NCBI GenBank assembly: GCA_963727555.1
Contig: CAVSGT010000007.1
Coordinates: forward strand, 82,543 to 146,542
Direction of reading: 5' to 3'
From: an uncultured Alphaproteobacteria bacterium
Lineage (GTDB): Bacteria; Pseudomonadota; Alphaproteobacteria; Rhizobiales; Xanthobacteraceae
Length of the DNA stretch: 64,000 nt
Shown here: positions 31,320-41,487 of the stretch, piece after piece
Position numbering within the stretch: position 1 is the stretch's first letter
How the letters are laid out: each line of letters starts with the position of its first letter
Translations under genes and position numbers: made by a program
Notes under the pieces: model-generated
The model's input: only the letters and a program-made list of their open reading frames with translations
Told to the model about the DNA's origin: nothing
Database searches by the model: none

Positions 31320-32705
31320 TTATTTGGCGACGCGCAGCTTGGTCAGCTCGGTGCCGATCGCGTCGAACGTGGTCACCAGCTGATCCGCCTTCTTCAGCAG
31401 GAAGAAATGGTCGGTAGTGCCGGCCGTGTTGCTGGCGCACTTTTGCAGCAGCGTCGAGGTCGGATCGCCGCCGGTGTCGACCTGGATCGTATAGATCGTA
31501 ACGCCAGCCGCCTTGATATTGGCGCAGGTGCCTTCGCCGGTGGCGAAATCATACATCCGCTTGTCGACGTTCGATTGGCTGTTCGACCAGCGATTTTCGG
31601 TGTTCAAGCCGTCCGACAGCAGGATGATGATCTGCTGATATTCATCGTTGGCATTCTTGGCCGGCGCCGAGAGCGGTCCGCCGCCGACCAGCGACTGCCA
31701 GCCCCACACCAGGCCGATCGGCTGGTTGGTATTGCCCGCCGGCGACATCGCATCGACGAGGTCGTTCATCGCCGTCCAGTCGTAGCTCAGCCCCATCATT
31801 TGCGACGGGCATTGACCGTATTGCTCGGCCGGAAACAGCGTCGAGGGCGTTGCATCGGTGATATCGGCGTCCGCCAGGTCCGGCTCGGTCACCGTCTGAT
31901 CGTAGTCCTGGTCGCGATCGGTGATACAGCCGTTCCAGGTGCTGTGGTCCGCCGTTTCCCAGCTGTAGGAGTCCTTGCAGTGACTGCGGCCGTGGCGTGA
32001 TCTCTTCTTATTGCAGCTCGCTGTCTTGACCCAGTCTCCGTTCTCGTCCTCCCAGTCGCTCCAGTCGATCCAGTCGGCATTGTAGTTTTCGGTGCCGACG
32101 TTCACGTCCTTGCTGAAGGGAATGATCGAGACAAAAACGTCGCCGTTGCTCGACGCCGCCGTCTTAAGCTGTGTCAGAAGATGCTTGGTGGCCGTCTTCA
32201 GCGCGTCCATCTTGCCGTCGTCGGCCATCGAGCCGGTGTTGTCGAGCACCAGCGACACGCGCAGCAGCGCGGACCCCCATTTGGCGGTCGATGAGGCTTC
32301 CACGGGGATATTGTCATAGCCAATGATGCTTATGAAATTCGTGGGCACCGACACCGAGCCGTCGACCACCACTTGCGAACCGTGATCGGTCGAATAAGAC
32401 GCCGTGACGGTAATGTTGTCGACATCCGGCTTATCGAACAGAGCCTCGAAATAACTTTGCGCCTTGGTCTGCAAATCGCCAGCAGATAGCGTGCTGGCAT
32501 CTTTCGAAAGTATCAGCGCGGTCGAATCGAGCGCGCTCTGCATCGCCGTTCTAATCGCATTGGCATTGCTGAAGTCGACGGCAGCGCCGACAAACCCGAT
32601 GATCGGGATGGTCACCAACGCGAACGTGACAGCCACATTGCCGCGACGCGCGCGGCCAAAGCGTCGAACCAGATTTGATACCTTGGAAGACAAGAAACGC
32701 TTCAT
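31320..32705 (-). CDS. TadG/CpaL-like pilin-vWA protein, copy 3
   Basis: RRG|NVAVTFAL, LVLDNTGSM, HSTWNGC, LLSDG; 38-aa insert with 2 Cys. Confidence 0.88.
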   Translation of the reverse strand: MKRFLSSKVSNLVRRFGRARRGNVAVTFALVTIPIIGFVGAAVDFSNANAIRTAMQSALDSTALILSKDASTLSAGDLQTKAQSYFEALFDKPDVDNITVTASYSTDHGSQVVVDGSVSVPTNFISIIGYDNIPVEASSTAKWGSALLRVSLVLDNTGSMADDGKMDALKTATKHLLTQLKTAASSNGDVFVSIIPFSKDVNVGTENYNADWIDWSDWEDENGDWVKTASCNKKRSRHGRSHCKDSYSWETADHSTWNGCITDRDQDYDQTVTEPDLADADITDATPSTLFPAEQYGQCPSQMMGLSYDWTAMNDLVDAMSPAGNTNQPIGLVWGWQSLVGGGPLSAPAKNANDEYQQIIILLSDGLNTENRWSNSQSNVDKRMYDFATGEGTCANIKAAGVTIYTIQVDTGGDPTSTLLQKCASNTAGTTDHFFLLKKADQLVTTFDAIGTELTKLRVAK

Positions 32706-32764
32706 CGTCGATAAGCTTCCGTGCATGGTTTGCGCGAGAGCTAGGCCGACGACGTAAATGCCGT

Positions 32765-32780
32765 GTAAAATTCGGTTTAA
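32765..32780 (-). promoter_or_regulatory. CtrA-box-like site upstream of TadG copy 3
   Basis: Minus strand TTAA-ACCGAAT-TTTAC. Confidence 0.4.
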
Positions 32781-32937
32781 GATAATACAGATTTGCTGCG
32801 TCAAATCGTCTGACGGTGGCGTCGCCACTAAAGAACGGTAAAAGATTTCGGAAGAATTCTTTCAATCACGCGCGGTGCTGGTGCTCCCGTAGTGGAAGCG
32901 CCGCGACCGTTCGATTGAATAAGCAAATCTCGGCGCG

Positions 32938-34215
32938 TTACATCACCAGCCGCAGATTGGACAGCGCGAGGCCGATCTGACCGAACGTGGTCACGATCTG
33001 ACTTGCTTTTGTCAGCAAGTAGAACTTGCTGGAATTGCCGGCGCAGTTTTGCAGTAGCGTCGAGGTCGGATCGCCGCCGGTGTTGACCTGCACGGCAAAG
33101 AGCGTGATGCCGGCCGCCTTGATGTTGTCGCAAACCAGTTGCTCGCGCGCGTCAATCGCGCTTTGACTCGTATACCAGCGGTCCTGCGTGTTGAGGCCGT
33201 CGGTCAGCAAGATGATGACCTGCTGGTATTCGTAGTTCGGGTCCATCTCGGGGATGGTGAAGGGCGAGGCCGTCAATGATTGCCAGCCCATCTGCAAACC
33301 GATCGCCTGGTTGGTGTTGCCGTTCGGCTGCATGGCGCTGATCTTGCTCGACAGCGTCGTCCAATCGTAGCTCAGCCCCATGAGTGACGCCGCGCAGGAT
33401 GAATATTGCTCGGCCGGATAAAGCGTGCCGCCGGTGGTCGGCGCATCGTTGGTGGTATCGAAGTTCTGGTCGCGGTCGGTGACGCAGCCGTTCCAAGTGC
33501 TATGGTTGGCCGCCGTCCATGTGTGGCCATGCGAGGTGCAACTGCTTTTCGAGTGGTAGTATGTATTGCTGCAGCTACCATTGGCGGCGTCCCACAAACT
33601 CCAATCGATCCATGACTGACTGTAATTGGACGAGTCGACATTCACGTCCTTGCTGAACGGAATGATCGACACATAGACGTCGCCGTCGTTCACCACCGAA
33701 TTCTTCAGCTGCGTAAGCAGATTTTGCGATGCCGTCTTTAGCGCGTCCATCTTGCCGTCGTGCGCCATCGAACCGGTGTTATCGAGCACCAGCGCGATCC
33801 GCAGCCGCGAATTGCCCCAAGCGGCAACCGACACCGCCGAGATCTGGATGTCCTCATAGCCGAGCACGGTCATAAACGTTGTATTGACGTCGCCGGTGGC
33901 GGTCAGCGTAAGCTTGGCGCCGCCGTCCGTCGTGAAGGTTGCGTTGATCTGGATGTTGTCGGTGTCTGCTCGGCTGAACAGCGCGTTGAAATAATTGGTC
34001 GCCTCGGTCTGCAGATCGGCGGCGCTCTCGTTTGCCGCATTCTTCGCCGCCATCAGTACGGTCGCATCGAGCGCGGTCTGGAATGCGGTGCGCGCGCCGT
34101 TGGCGCGGGTGTAATCGACCGCCGCACCGACAGCTCCCATCAGCGGGATGATGGACATCGCCACCAGTGGCGCGACGCCGCCGAATTTATTTTTAAAGAA
34201 CCGCTTCAGCAGCAT
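32938..34215 (-). CDS. TadG/CpaL-like pilin-vWA protein, copy 4 (425 aa)
   Basis: RBS GAGGAG; G|GVAPLVAMSIIPL...GAAVDY, LVLDNTGSM, HSTWNGC, LLTDG; 32-aa insert with 2 Cys. Confidence 0.88.
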   Translation of the reverse strand: MLLKRFFKNKFGGVAPLVAMSIIPLMGAVGAAVDYTRANGARTAFQTALDATVLMAAKNAANESAADLQTEATNYFNALFSRADTDNIQINATFTTDGGAKLTLTATGDVNTTFMTVLGYEDIQISAVSVAAWGNSRLRIALVLDNTGSMAHDGKMDALKTASQNLLTQLKNSVVNDGDVYVSIIPFSKDVNVDSSNYSQSWIDWSLWDAANGSCSNTYYHSKSSCTSHGHTWTAANHSTWNGCVTDRDQNFDTTNDAPTTGGTLYPAEQYSSCAASLMGLSYDWTTLSSKISAMQPNGNTNQAIGLQMGWQSLTASPFTIPEMDPNYEYQQVIILLTDGLNTQDRWYTSQSAIDAREQLVCDNIKAAGITLFAVQVNTGGDPTSTLLQNCAGNSSKFYLLTKASQIVTTFGQIGLALSNLRLVM

Positions 34216-34558
34216 TGGGGCACGCTCCTCGATGCACCGACAGCAACCTATTCGGTACCAAGATGCCGAAGACCATTTGAAACTTCGTTCGAACCGCTGC
34301 CGGACCTTGATTCAAATTCGGCACAATTTGTCGCCACGGAGCACGGAAACGCCCGATTTCGCGGGCGGCCTGCCGACCTCTGCGGAGCGTCGGGAGCGGT
34401 TATGCTTCCGCCGCGTGGCGACCGAGGCGGTCCGCGGCGACGGCCCACACCGATTCGGGGTGATCGTCCGGGATGAGGGCCGCAAGGGCAGCCTTGGTCG
34501 CCCGTGCCCCGGCCAGGGACGGCTCAAGGAGATGGTGTCAAGCCCTGGCGAGCGCGCA

Positions 34559-34574
34559 GTTAATGGCTATTTCA
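34559..34574 (-). promoter_or_regulatory. CtrA-box-like site in the TadG4/clpS intergenic region
   Basis: Minus strand TGAA-ATAGCCA-TTAAC. Confidence 0.35.
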
Positions 34575-34746
34575 GCGGATATTCGGGGGACCTCGAGGCC
34601 GGCTGCCCACGTATTGGTGTAAAACCTTGAATTTGGGCCAAATTGTCAACTTGGAATGCTGGCACAGTGGTCTTTATGATGGTGGGCGGCCATGCGCCGG
34701 CGTGGCCGCTCGGACGCAACCGTTGGATAAGCCACTGACGTCGGCC

Positions 34747-35151
34747 ATGACCACGATCGACAGGACAAAAGCCGCCAAAACCAAGCCAACCGCAGCCGGC
34801 ATGCCTCCGATGCGCATGGCCGATGACGACCGCAGGCGCAAGGGTGAGCAGGGCGGCCCCGGTACCGCGGTCATCAGCAAGACCAAGCCGCAGACTAAGC
34901 GGCCGAACCTCTACCGGGTTCTCATCCTCAACGACGACTACACCCCGATGGAATTCGTGGTGCATGTGCTGGAGCGCTTCTTCGGCAAGGATCACGAAGC
35001 CGCCACGCGAATTATGTTGCATGTCCATCACCACGGCATCGGCGAATGCGGCATCTACACCTATGAGGTAGCGGAGACCAAAGTGACGCAGGTGATGGAC
35101 TTTGCGCGCAAACATCAGCATCCTCTGCAATGCGTGATGGAAAAAAAGTGA
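34747..35151 (+). CDS. clpS: ATP-dependent Clp protease adaptor ClpS
   Basis: [27 protein letters not shown]; start uncertain (34747/34810/34816). Confidence 0.95.
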   Translation: MTTIDRTKAAKTKPTAAGMPPMRMADDDRRRKGEQGGPGTAVISKTKPQTKRPNLYRVLILNDDYTPMEFVVHVLERFFGKDHEAATRIMLHVHHHGIGECGIYTYEVAETKVTQVMDFARKHQHPLQCVMEKK

Positions 35152-35192
35152 GTCTGGGAGGGCGTTCAATACAAATGGAAGTGGAACTCTAA

Positions 35193-37607
35193 ATGCCGAC
35201 CTTTTCGCGTAGCCTCGAGCAGTCGCTCCACCGGGCGCTCGCCCTCGCCAATGAGCGGCACCATGAATATGCGACCCTTGAGCATCTTCTGCTGGCGCTG
35301 ATCGACGATCAGGATGCGTCAGCCGTGATGCGCGCCTGCAATGTCGACCTCGACAAGCTGCGGCGCAGCCTGGTCGCTTATCTTGAGTCCGAGCTGGAGA
35401 ATCTGATCACCGATGGCGCCGAGGATTCCAAGCCGACGGCCGGCTTCCAGCGCGTGATCCAGCGCGCGGTCATCCACGTGCAGTCGAGCGGCCGCGAGGA
35501 GGTCACCGGCGCCAACGTGCTGGTGGCGATCTTCGCCGAACGCGAAAGCCATGCCGCCTATTTCCTGCAAGAGCAGGACATGACGCGCTACGACGCGGTC
35601 AATTACATCAGCCACGGTATCGCCAAGCGGCCCGGCCTTTCGGAGGCGCGGCCGGTGCGCGGCGTCGAAGACGAGGCTGACGCCAAGAGCGGCGACGAGC
35701 CCAAGAAGAAGGGCGACGCGCTCGAAGCCTATTGCGTCAACCTCAACAAGAAAGCCAAGGACGGCAAGATCGATCCGCTGATCGGACGCGATGCCGAGAT
35801 CAGCCGCACCATTCAGGTGCTGTGCCGCCGGCAGAAGAACAATCCGCTGTTCGTCGGCGACGCCGGCGTCGGCAAGACCGCGATCGCCGAGGGACTGGCG
35901 CGTCGCATCGTGCATGGCGAAGTGCCCGACGTGCTCAAGGGCGCGACCGTGTTCGCCCTCGACATGGGTACGCTGCTTGCCGGCACGCGCTATCGCGGCG
36001 ATTTCGAGGAGCGGCTCAAGCAGGTGATCAAGGAGCTGGAAGCCTATCCCGGCGCGGTCTTGTTTATCGACGAAATCCACACCGTGATCGGCGCCGGCGC
36101 CACGTCGGGCGGCGCCATGGATGCGTCCAATCTGCTCAAGCCCGCGCTCGCCTCCGGCACGCTGCGCTGTATCGGCTCGACCACCTACAAGGAATACCGC
36201 CAGTATTTCGAGAAGGACCGGGCGCTGGTGCGCCGCTTCCAGAAGATCGACGTCAACGAGCCGTCGGTGCCCGACGCCATCGAAATTCTGCGCGGCCTCA
36301 AGCCCTATTTCGAGGAATACCACAAGCTCAAATACACCAATGACGCCATCAAGGCGGCGGTGGAACTGTCCTCGCGCTACATCCATGACCGCAAGCTGCC
36401 CGACAAGGCAATCGACGTGATCGACGAGTTGGGCGCTGCGCAGATGCTGCTGCCTGAGAGCCGGCGCAAAAAGACTATCGGCGTCAAGGAAATCGAGACC
36501 ACGATCTCGACCATGGCCCGCATCCCGCCCAAGACCGTGTCAAAGGACGATGCCGAGGTGCTGCGGCATCTCGAGCATACCCTGAAGACCGTGGTCTACG
36601 GCCAGGACCAAGCGATCGACGCGTTGTCGGCCTCGATCAAGCTGGCGCGCGCCGGCTTGCGCGAGCCGGAGAAGCCGATCGGCTGCTATCTGTTCTCAGG
36701 CCCGACCGGCGTCGGCAAGACCGAGGTCGCCAAACAACTCGCCGCTTCGCTCGGTGTCGAACTCATCCGCTTCGACATGTCGGAGTATATGGAGCGGCAC
36801 ACGGTGTCGCGCCTGATCGGCGCGCCTCCCGGCTATGTCGGCTTCGATCAGGGCGGCTTGCTGACCGACGGCGTCGACCAGCATCCGCATTGCGTGCTGC
36901 TGCTCGACGAAATCGAGAAGGCGCATCCCGATCTGTTCAACGTGCTCTTGCAGATCATGGACCACGGCAAGCTAACCGATCACAACGGCAAACAGATCGA
37001 TTTCCGCAACGTCATCCTGATCATGACCACCAATGCCGGCGCCTCTGATATGGCAAAGGCGGCGTTCGGCTTTACCCGCAGCAAGCGCGAGGGCGACGAC
37101 ACGGAGGCGATCAACAAGCTGTTCGCGCCCGAATTCCGCAACCGGCTTGATGCCACCATCACCTTCGCGCATCTCTCGCAGGAGGTGATCGCCAAGGTGG
37201 TCGAGAAGTTCGTGCTGCAGCTCGAGGCTCAGCTCGGCGACCGCAACGTCACCATCGAGCTGTCGGACGAGGCCACGCGCTGGCTGATCGCCAACGGCTA
37301 CGACGAATTGATGGGCGCGCGCCCGATGGCGCGGGTGATCCAGGAGCACATCAAGAAGCCGCTCGCCGACGAGGTGCTGTTCGGCCACCTGAAGGGCGGC
37401 GGGCATGTCCGCGTCGTCGTCAGCAAGGACGAGAACGGTCGCGACAAGCTCGGCTTCGAGTTCCTCGAGGGGCCGATCACGCCGAAGCCGGAGAAGCTGC
37501 CGCTGGACGTGCGCCCCAAGGCCAAGCGCCGCTCCTCGCCGCGGCCGCGGCCGAAGGCCGACAACAAGCGCGGCACTGTGCCGAAGGTGCCGCTGATCAA
37601 GGCCTGA
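35193..37607 (+). CDS. clpA: ATP-dependent Clp protease ATP-binding subunit ClpA
   Basis: Two AAA+ modules ([16 protein letters not shown]), APPGYVG; follows clpS. Confidence 0.97.
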   Translation: MPTFSRSLEQSLHRALALANERHHEYATLEHLLLALIDDQDASAVMRACNVDLDKLRRSLVAYLESELENLITDGAEDSKPTAGFQRVIQRAVIHVQSSGREEVTGANVLVAIFAERESHAAYFLQEQDMTRYDAVNYISHGIAKRPGLSEARPVRGVEDEADAKSGDEPKKKGDALEAYCVNLNKKAKDGKIDPLIGRDAEISRTIQVLCRRQKNNPLFVGDAGVGKTAIAEGLARRIVHGEVPDVLKGATVFALDMGTLLAGTRYRGDFEERLKQVIKELEAYPGAVLFIDEIHTVIGAGATSGGAMDASNLLKPALASGTLRCIGSTTYKEYRQYFEKDRALVRRFQKIDVNEPSVPDAIEILRGLKPYFEEYHKLKYTNDAIKAAVELSSRYIHDRKLPDKAIDVIDELGAAQMLLPESRRKKTIGVKEIETTISTMARIPPKTVSKDDAEVLRHLEHTLKTVVYGQDQAIDALSASIKLARAGLREPEKPIGCYLFSGPTGVGKTEVAKQLAASLGVELIRFDMSEYMERHTVSRLIGAPPGYVGFDQGGLLTDGVDQHPHCVLLLDEIEKAHPDLFNVLLQIMDHGKLTDHNGKQIDFRNVILIMTTNAGASDMAKAAFGFTRSKREGDDTEAINKLFAPEFRNRLDATITFAHLSQEVIAKVVEKFVLQLEAQLGDRNVTIELSDEATRWLIANGYDELMGARPMARVIQEHIKKPLADEVLFGHLKGGGHVRVVVSKDENGRDKLGFEFLEGPITPKPEKLPLDVRPKAKRRSSPRPRPKADNKRGTVPKVPLIKA

Positions 37608-37624
37608 CGGCCGATGCCGAAGAC

Positions 37625-37653
37625 AAAGGCCGGGCCAAGCGCCCGGCTTTTTG
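37625..37653 (+). terminator. intrinsic terminator after clpA
   Basis: GCCGGGC-CAAGC-GCCCGGC-TTTTT. Confidence 0.85.
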
Positions 37654-37794
37654 CTTGGGCGTAATTCATATCGAATGTCGCGCGCCACTTTGCGCGACCA
37701 TGCACGACCAAATTGCAGGGCGCGCATGCGGCGGTCGCGGGCGCGCCCTGTTGCGCGCGCGCTGGCCCTGTGAGAGACGTTGCGCCGCGCCCCC

Positions 37795-38526
37795 ATGTCC
37801 ACACTTCCCGATACGCAGTCATCAATCGCCGCAGCCTTTTTTGCCGGCGCGAAGTCGGCACTTACCTCGGTGTTCTTCCTGGTGCTGGCCGGCACCTATA
37901 TCGGCATCGGCGCGCTCGCCCATGACTATGGCTTTTCGTCCTGGTGGCTCGCGCTGTCGACGCTGCTGGTATGGGCCGCGCCGGGGCAGGTGATCCTGAT
38001 CTCTTCGCTTGGTCTTGGCGCCCCGCCGATCGAGGGCGCCATCGCGGTGACGCTGAGCGCGATCCGGCTGTTTCCCATGGTGGTGGCGTTGTTGCCGTTG
38101 CTGCGCGGACCGGGCACACGCCTGCGTGCGCTGCTGCTGCCGGCGCATTTCACCTCGGTGAGCATGTGGGTGGAGTCGCTGCGGCTGTTGCCGTTGATGC
38201 CGCGCGAGCCACGTATCACGTTTTGCATTGGCCTTTCGGTTGGCTACCAGAGCACGGCGGTGGCGTTTGGTTTTGTCGGCTTCTATCTCGCCGCCGGGCT
38301 GCCGACGCTGTTTGCCGGCGCGCTGCTGTTTCTCACGCCGATGTCGTTTCTGATCTCGACCGCGCGCAATGCCAAGATGATGGTCGACCGGCTGGCCCTG
38401 GTGCTCGGGCTCGCGATCGGGCCGCTATTGACCTACCTGCACGTCAGTCTCGACTTGATGTGGACCGGCATTGTCGGTGGCGCGCTGGCCTATGGCATTC
38501 ACCGCCTGCGCGAGGCCGCGACGTGA
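37795..38526 (+). CDS. AzlC-family branched-chain amino acid exporter permease
   Basis: Multi-TM, LVWAAPGQ, LSAIRLFPM. Confidence 0.8.
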   Translation: MSTLPDTQSSIAAAFFAGAKSALTSVFFLVLAGTYIGIGALAHDYGFSSWWLALSTLLVWAAPGQVILISSLGLGAPPIEGAIAVTLSAIRLFPMVVALLPLLRGPGTRLRALLLPAHFTSVSMWVESLRLLPLMPREPRITFCIGLSVGYQSTAVAFGFVGFYLAAGLPTLFAGALLFLTPMSFLISTARNAKMMVDRLALVLGLAIGPLLTYLHVSLDLMWTGIVGGALAYGIHRLREAAT

Positions 38527-38870
38527 ACGCCATGCTGACCGAACTGTGGCCCTACCTGCTGCTGATCCTGGTCGGTTTCCTGCCGAACGAAATCTGGCGC
38601 GCGCTCGGTCTGGTGCTGGCGCGCGGACTGAACGAGGAATCCGAGCTGGTGGTCTTGTCGCGCGCGATAGCGACCGCGATCCTTGCCGGCGTCATCGCCA
38701 AGCTGATCCTGTTTTCGGCCGGTGCGCTCGCCGCCATCCCGCTCCCCGTGCGGGTCGGCGCCGCGGTCTGCGGGTTTCTGGGATTCCTGGGTATCAGGCG
38801 CTCGATCTTCGTCGGCGTTCTGGTCGGCGAAGCGGCGCTGCTCGCGGGCGGGTTCCTATTCGCGCAGTAG
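38523..38870 (+). CDS. AzlD-family small membrane subunit
   Basis: GTGA overlap with azlC; PNEIWR...RAIATAILAGVI. Confidence 0.75.
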   Translation: MNAMLTELWPYLLLILVGFLPNEIWRALGLVLARGLNEESELVVLSRAIATAILAGVIAKLILFSAGALAAIPLPVRVGAAVCGFLGFLGIRRSIFVGVLVGEAALLAGGFLFAQ

Positions 38871-38876
38871 AGCGGG

Positions 38877-39305
38877 TCACCCGGCGGCGATGGCGGCGGC
38901 GAGCTTCTTGGCGTTTTCGGCCAGCACGTCGGGCTTTTCCTTTTCGCTCGCCGGCGGCTTCATGGCGACGCCGGCCTTGCGTGGAATGATGTGAACGTGC
39001 AGGTGGAACACCACCTGGCCGCCGGCGCCTTCGTTGAATTGCTGCAATGTGACCCCGTCGGCGCCGAAGCCGGTCATCGCCGCCTTGGCGATCTTTTGCG
39101 CGACTTTCGCCACATGCGCCAAGTCGTCGGCGGAAACGTCAAGGATATTGCGGGCCGGCGCTTTCGGCAGCACCAAGGTATGGCCGGGCGCGCGCGGCAT
39201 GATGTCGAGGAAGGCGAAGGTCTTGTCGTCCTCGTAGACCTTGTAGCAGGGCAGTTCGCCGCGCAGGATCTTGGCGAAGATGTTGTTGGGATCGTAACTC
39301 GGCAT
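38877..39305 (-). CDS. HIT family protein
   Basis: NIFAKILRGELP, GQVVFHLHVHIIP histidine triad. Confidence 0.95.
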   Translation of the reverse strand: MPSYDPNNIFAKILRGELPCYKVYEDDKTFAFLDIMPRAPGHTLVLPKAPARNILDVSADDLAHVAKVAQKIAKAAMTGFGADGVTLQQFNEGAGGQVVFHLHVHIIPRKAGVAMKPPASEKEKPDVLAENAKKLAAAIAAG

Positions 39306-39351
39306 TGGCGCTTCCCCCTCAACGCGTAATTTGTTTCGCATTCTTTTGTTC

Positions 39352-39402
39352 GCGCATGATCTTATCCGAAAACCGGTTCCCACTTTTCGGGATCATGCGC
39401 TA
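39352..39402. repeat. partial copy of the CTAG MITE-like element (core inverted repeat)
   Basis: GCGCATGATCTTATCCGAAAACCGGTTCCCACTTTTCGGGATCATGCGCTA matches the right half of 43028..43131. Confidence 0.8.
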
Positions 39403-40656
39403 TTCCTGCTCGACTAAATCTTTGCGGAACGGCGCCAGCGCGGCAAGCTCTTCGCCGGCGGCCTCCACGTAGGCGCGCTCGCGCGCCAGATATTCCGCCA
39501 CCGCCCGCCGCAGCGCCGGATTGGCGATGAAATGAGCGGAATAGGTGGTGCTCGGCAAATAGCCGCGCGCCAGCTTGTGCTCGCCTTGGGCTCCGGCCTC
39601 GACGCGCGCCAACTTGTGAGCGATGGCGTAGTCGATGGCCTGATAATAGCACAACTCGAAATGCAGAAACGGGTGGTGCTCGATGGCGCCCCAGTTGCGG
39701 CCGTAGATCGCCTCGCGCCCGACGAAATTGAGGGCGCCGCCGATCCAACGGCCGGCGCGTCGCGCCATCACCAGCAGGATGCGGTCGCGCATTTTTTCGC
39801 CGACGATCGAGAAGAACTCGCGCGTCAGATAGGGCCGTCCCCATTTGCGCGAGCCAGTTTCCATATAGAACGCGAAAAACGCATCCCACGCCTCTTCGGT
39901 GAGGTCGGAGCCGGTGAGCCAGCGCACCTCGATGCCGTGGCTCAGCGCCTCTTTGCGTTCGCGGCGGATGGTCTTGCGCTTGCGCGAGGCGAGGTGGGCG
40001 AGGAAATCGTCGAAGCTCGTGTAGTTTGCGTTGTTCCAATGGAACTGCTGGTCGGTGCGTTGCAGGAAACCGCGTTCGCCGAGCGCCCGCCATTCCGTCT
40101 CGGTCAAGAATGTGACGTGGGCGGAGGACAATTCGCTCGCCGTGGTGATCTCGGCGAGTGCGCCGGCGAGCGCGCCACGCACCGCCGCGGCCTGTGGCGA
40201 CGGGCGCGCCAGGAGGCGAGGGCCGGTGACGGGGGTGAACGGCACCGCCACTTGCAGCTTGGGGTAATAGTCGCCGCCGGCGCGCTCGAAGGCTTCGGCC
40301 CAGCCATGGTCGAAGACATATTCGCCGCGCGAATGGCTTTTCACATAGCAAGGCGCGCTCCCGAGCAGCGCGCCGCTCACGTCTTCCGCCAGCAGATGGC
40401 GCGGTTGCCAACCGGTACGGCCGCCAACCGATCCAGAGGCCTCCAATGAGGATAGAAAATCGTGTGAAACAAATGGGTTGCTTGGCGTGGCTAACTCCGG
40501 GGACAACTTATCCCCGCTATGCTCATGTTTCACATTAACATGAGCTTCGGCCGCTAGGCCGCCGTTTTCCGCTGGGTTGCCGCGCGCGCATGCGTCCCAG
40601 GCGGCGGGCGCCACCTCGGAGATTGCGGGGACAATGCGGATGCGCAGTTCGGTCAT
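39400..40656 (-). CDS. GNAT/FemAB-like protein (DUF482 type)
   Basis: KSHSRGEYVFDHGWA, YYPKL, PFTPVTGPR, HFELCYYQ, EAGAQGEHK. Confidence 0.9.
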   Translation of the reverse strand: MTELRIRIVPAISEVAPAAWDACARGNPAENGGLAAEAHVNVKHEHSGDKLSPELATPSNPFVSHDFLSSLEASGSVGGRTGWQPRHLLAEDVSGALLGSAPCYVKSHSRGEYVFDHGWAEAFERAGGDYYPKLQVAVPFTPVTGPRLLARPSPQAAAVRGALAGALAEITTASELSSAHVTFLTETEWRALGERGFLQRTDQQFHWNNANYTSFDDFLAHLASRKRKTIRRERKEALSHGIEVRWLTGSDLTEEAWDAFFAFYMETGSRKWGRPYLTREFFSIVGEKMRDRILLVMARRAGRWIGGALNFVGREAIYGRNWGAIEHHPFLHFELCYYQAIDYAIAHKLARVEAGAQGEHKLARGYLPSTTYSAHFIANPALRRAVAEYLARERAYVEAAGEELAALAPFRKDLVEQE

Positions 40657-40734
40657 CAGGGGGCAACGTTTCTAGCGCGACTTTACGCCGGAAATCGGTC
40701 GAATTTCATCCCGCCCTTCGTCGCTGCCCAGATT

Positions 40735-41476
40735 CTAAGGTCGCAGACCTTCGAAAATGATCTGGTCGGCCCAGCGCGCCGCTCTTCGTCGGTCCTCCGC
40801 GGTGCGTACCGTCCAGGTCAGCAGCGGCAACCCAAACAACTTGCGCGCGATCAGCGGCAGCACTGCCGGCAAATCGCCTACCCGGTAAGCGATGAAATGC
40901 GGGCGCGTTCGATTGACGTGCACGAACCAGGCCAGCCGGCGACGGTCGGCCGGCAACAGTTCGTCCCAGTCATCATAGCGGCGCTGCGCGATCATGCCGC
41001 GTGGGAGGCCAGGGGCGATTTGCCTGATTGCCGTCACTTGGTCGGGGTCGAAAGACATCACTGCCACCGGGCCGGCATAGGAAGCGAGCACCTTGGCCGT
41101 GCGCTCGCAGAGCCGGTGGTCGCCGTCGAAGTGGCTCTTGAGCTCGATGAGCGAGTGTGGCGCGTCCAGCGACCAGATCGCATAGCTCGCCGAGCGTCAT
41201 GATGCGGTCGCCGCTCGCCTTGAATCGCACCGCCTTGATCTCGGCGGTGCTCATATCGGCCAGCCATTCGCTGCCCTCGGTCAGCCGGCCAAGCGTGTCG
41301 TCATGGTGCACAAAGGCCTCGCCGTCGGCGCTGATCTGCAGGTCGACTTCCAGGCCGTAGCCGGCGGCGACCGCCGCCCTGACAGCGGTGGCGGTGTTCT
41401 CGATAACGCCCGCCGACGCATCATGCAGCCCGCGATGGGCCAGCGGTCGCGCGGTGAGCCAGTCGAGGCCGGGCAT
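40735..41476 (-). CDS. glycerophosphodiester phosphodiesterase family; +1 frameshift near 41153
   Basis: AHRG, ENT, EVDLQ, HHD in the first frame; IELK, MSFD, TWTVR, IIFEG in the second. Confidence 0.88.
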
Positions 41477-41487
41477 GGCGGAGCCAA

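Noticed and set aside
27484-34215. Diversity-generating retroelement or shufflon driving the TadG array
   Set aside because: No reverse transcriptase, no template/variable repeat pair differing only at adenines, no recombinase, and no inverted cassettes in the window; all copies are co-oriented full-length genes
40490-40590. AT-richer segment inside the GNAT gene as an inserted element
   Set aside because: In frame, with no terminal repeats or target duplication; looks like a variable linker
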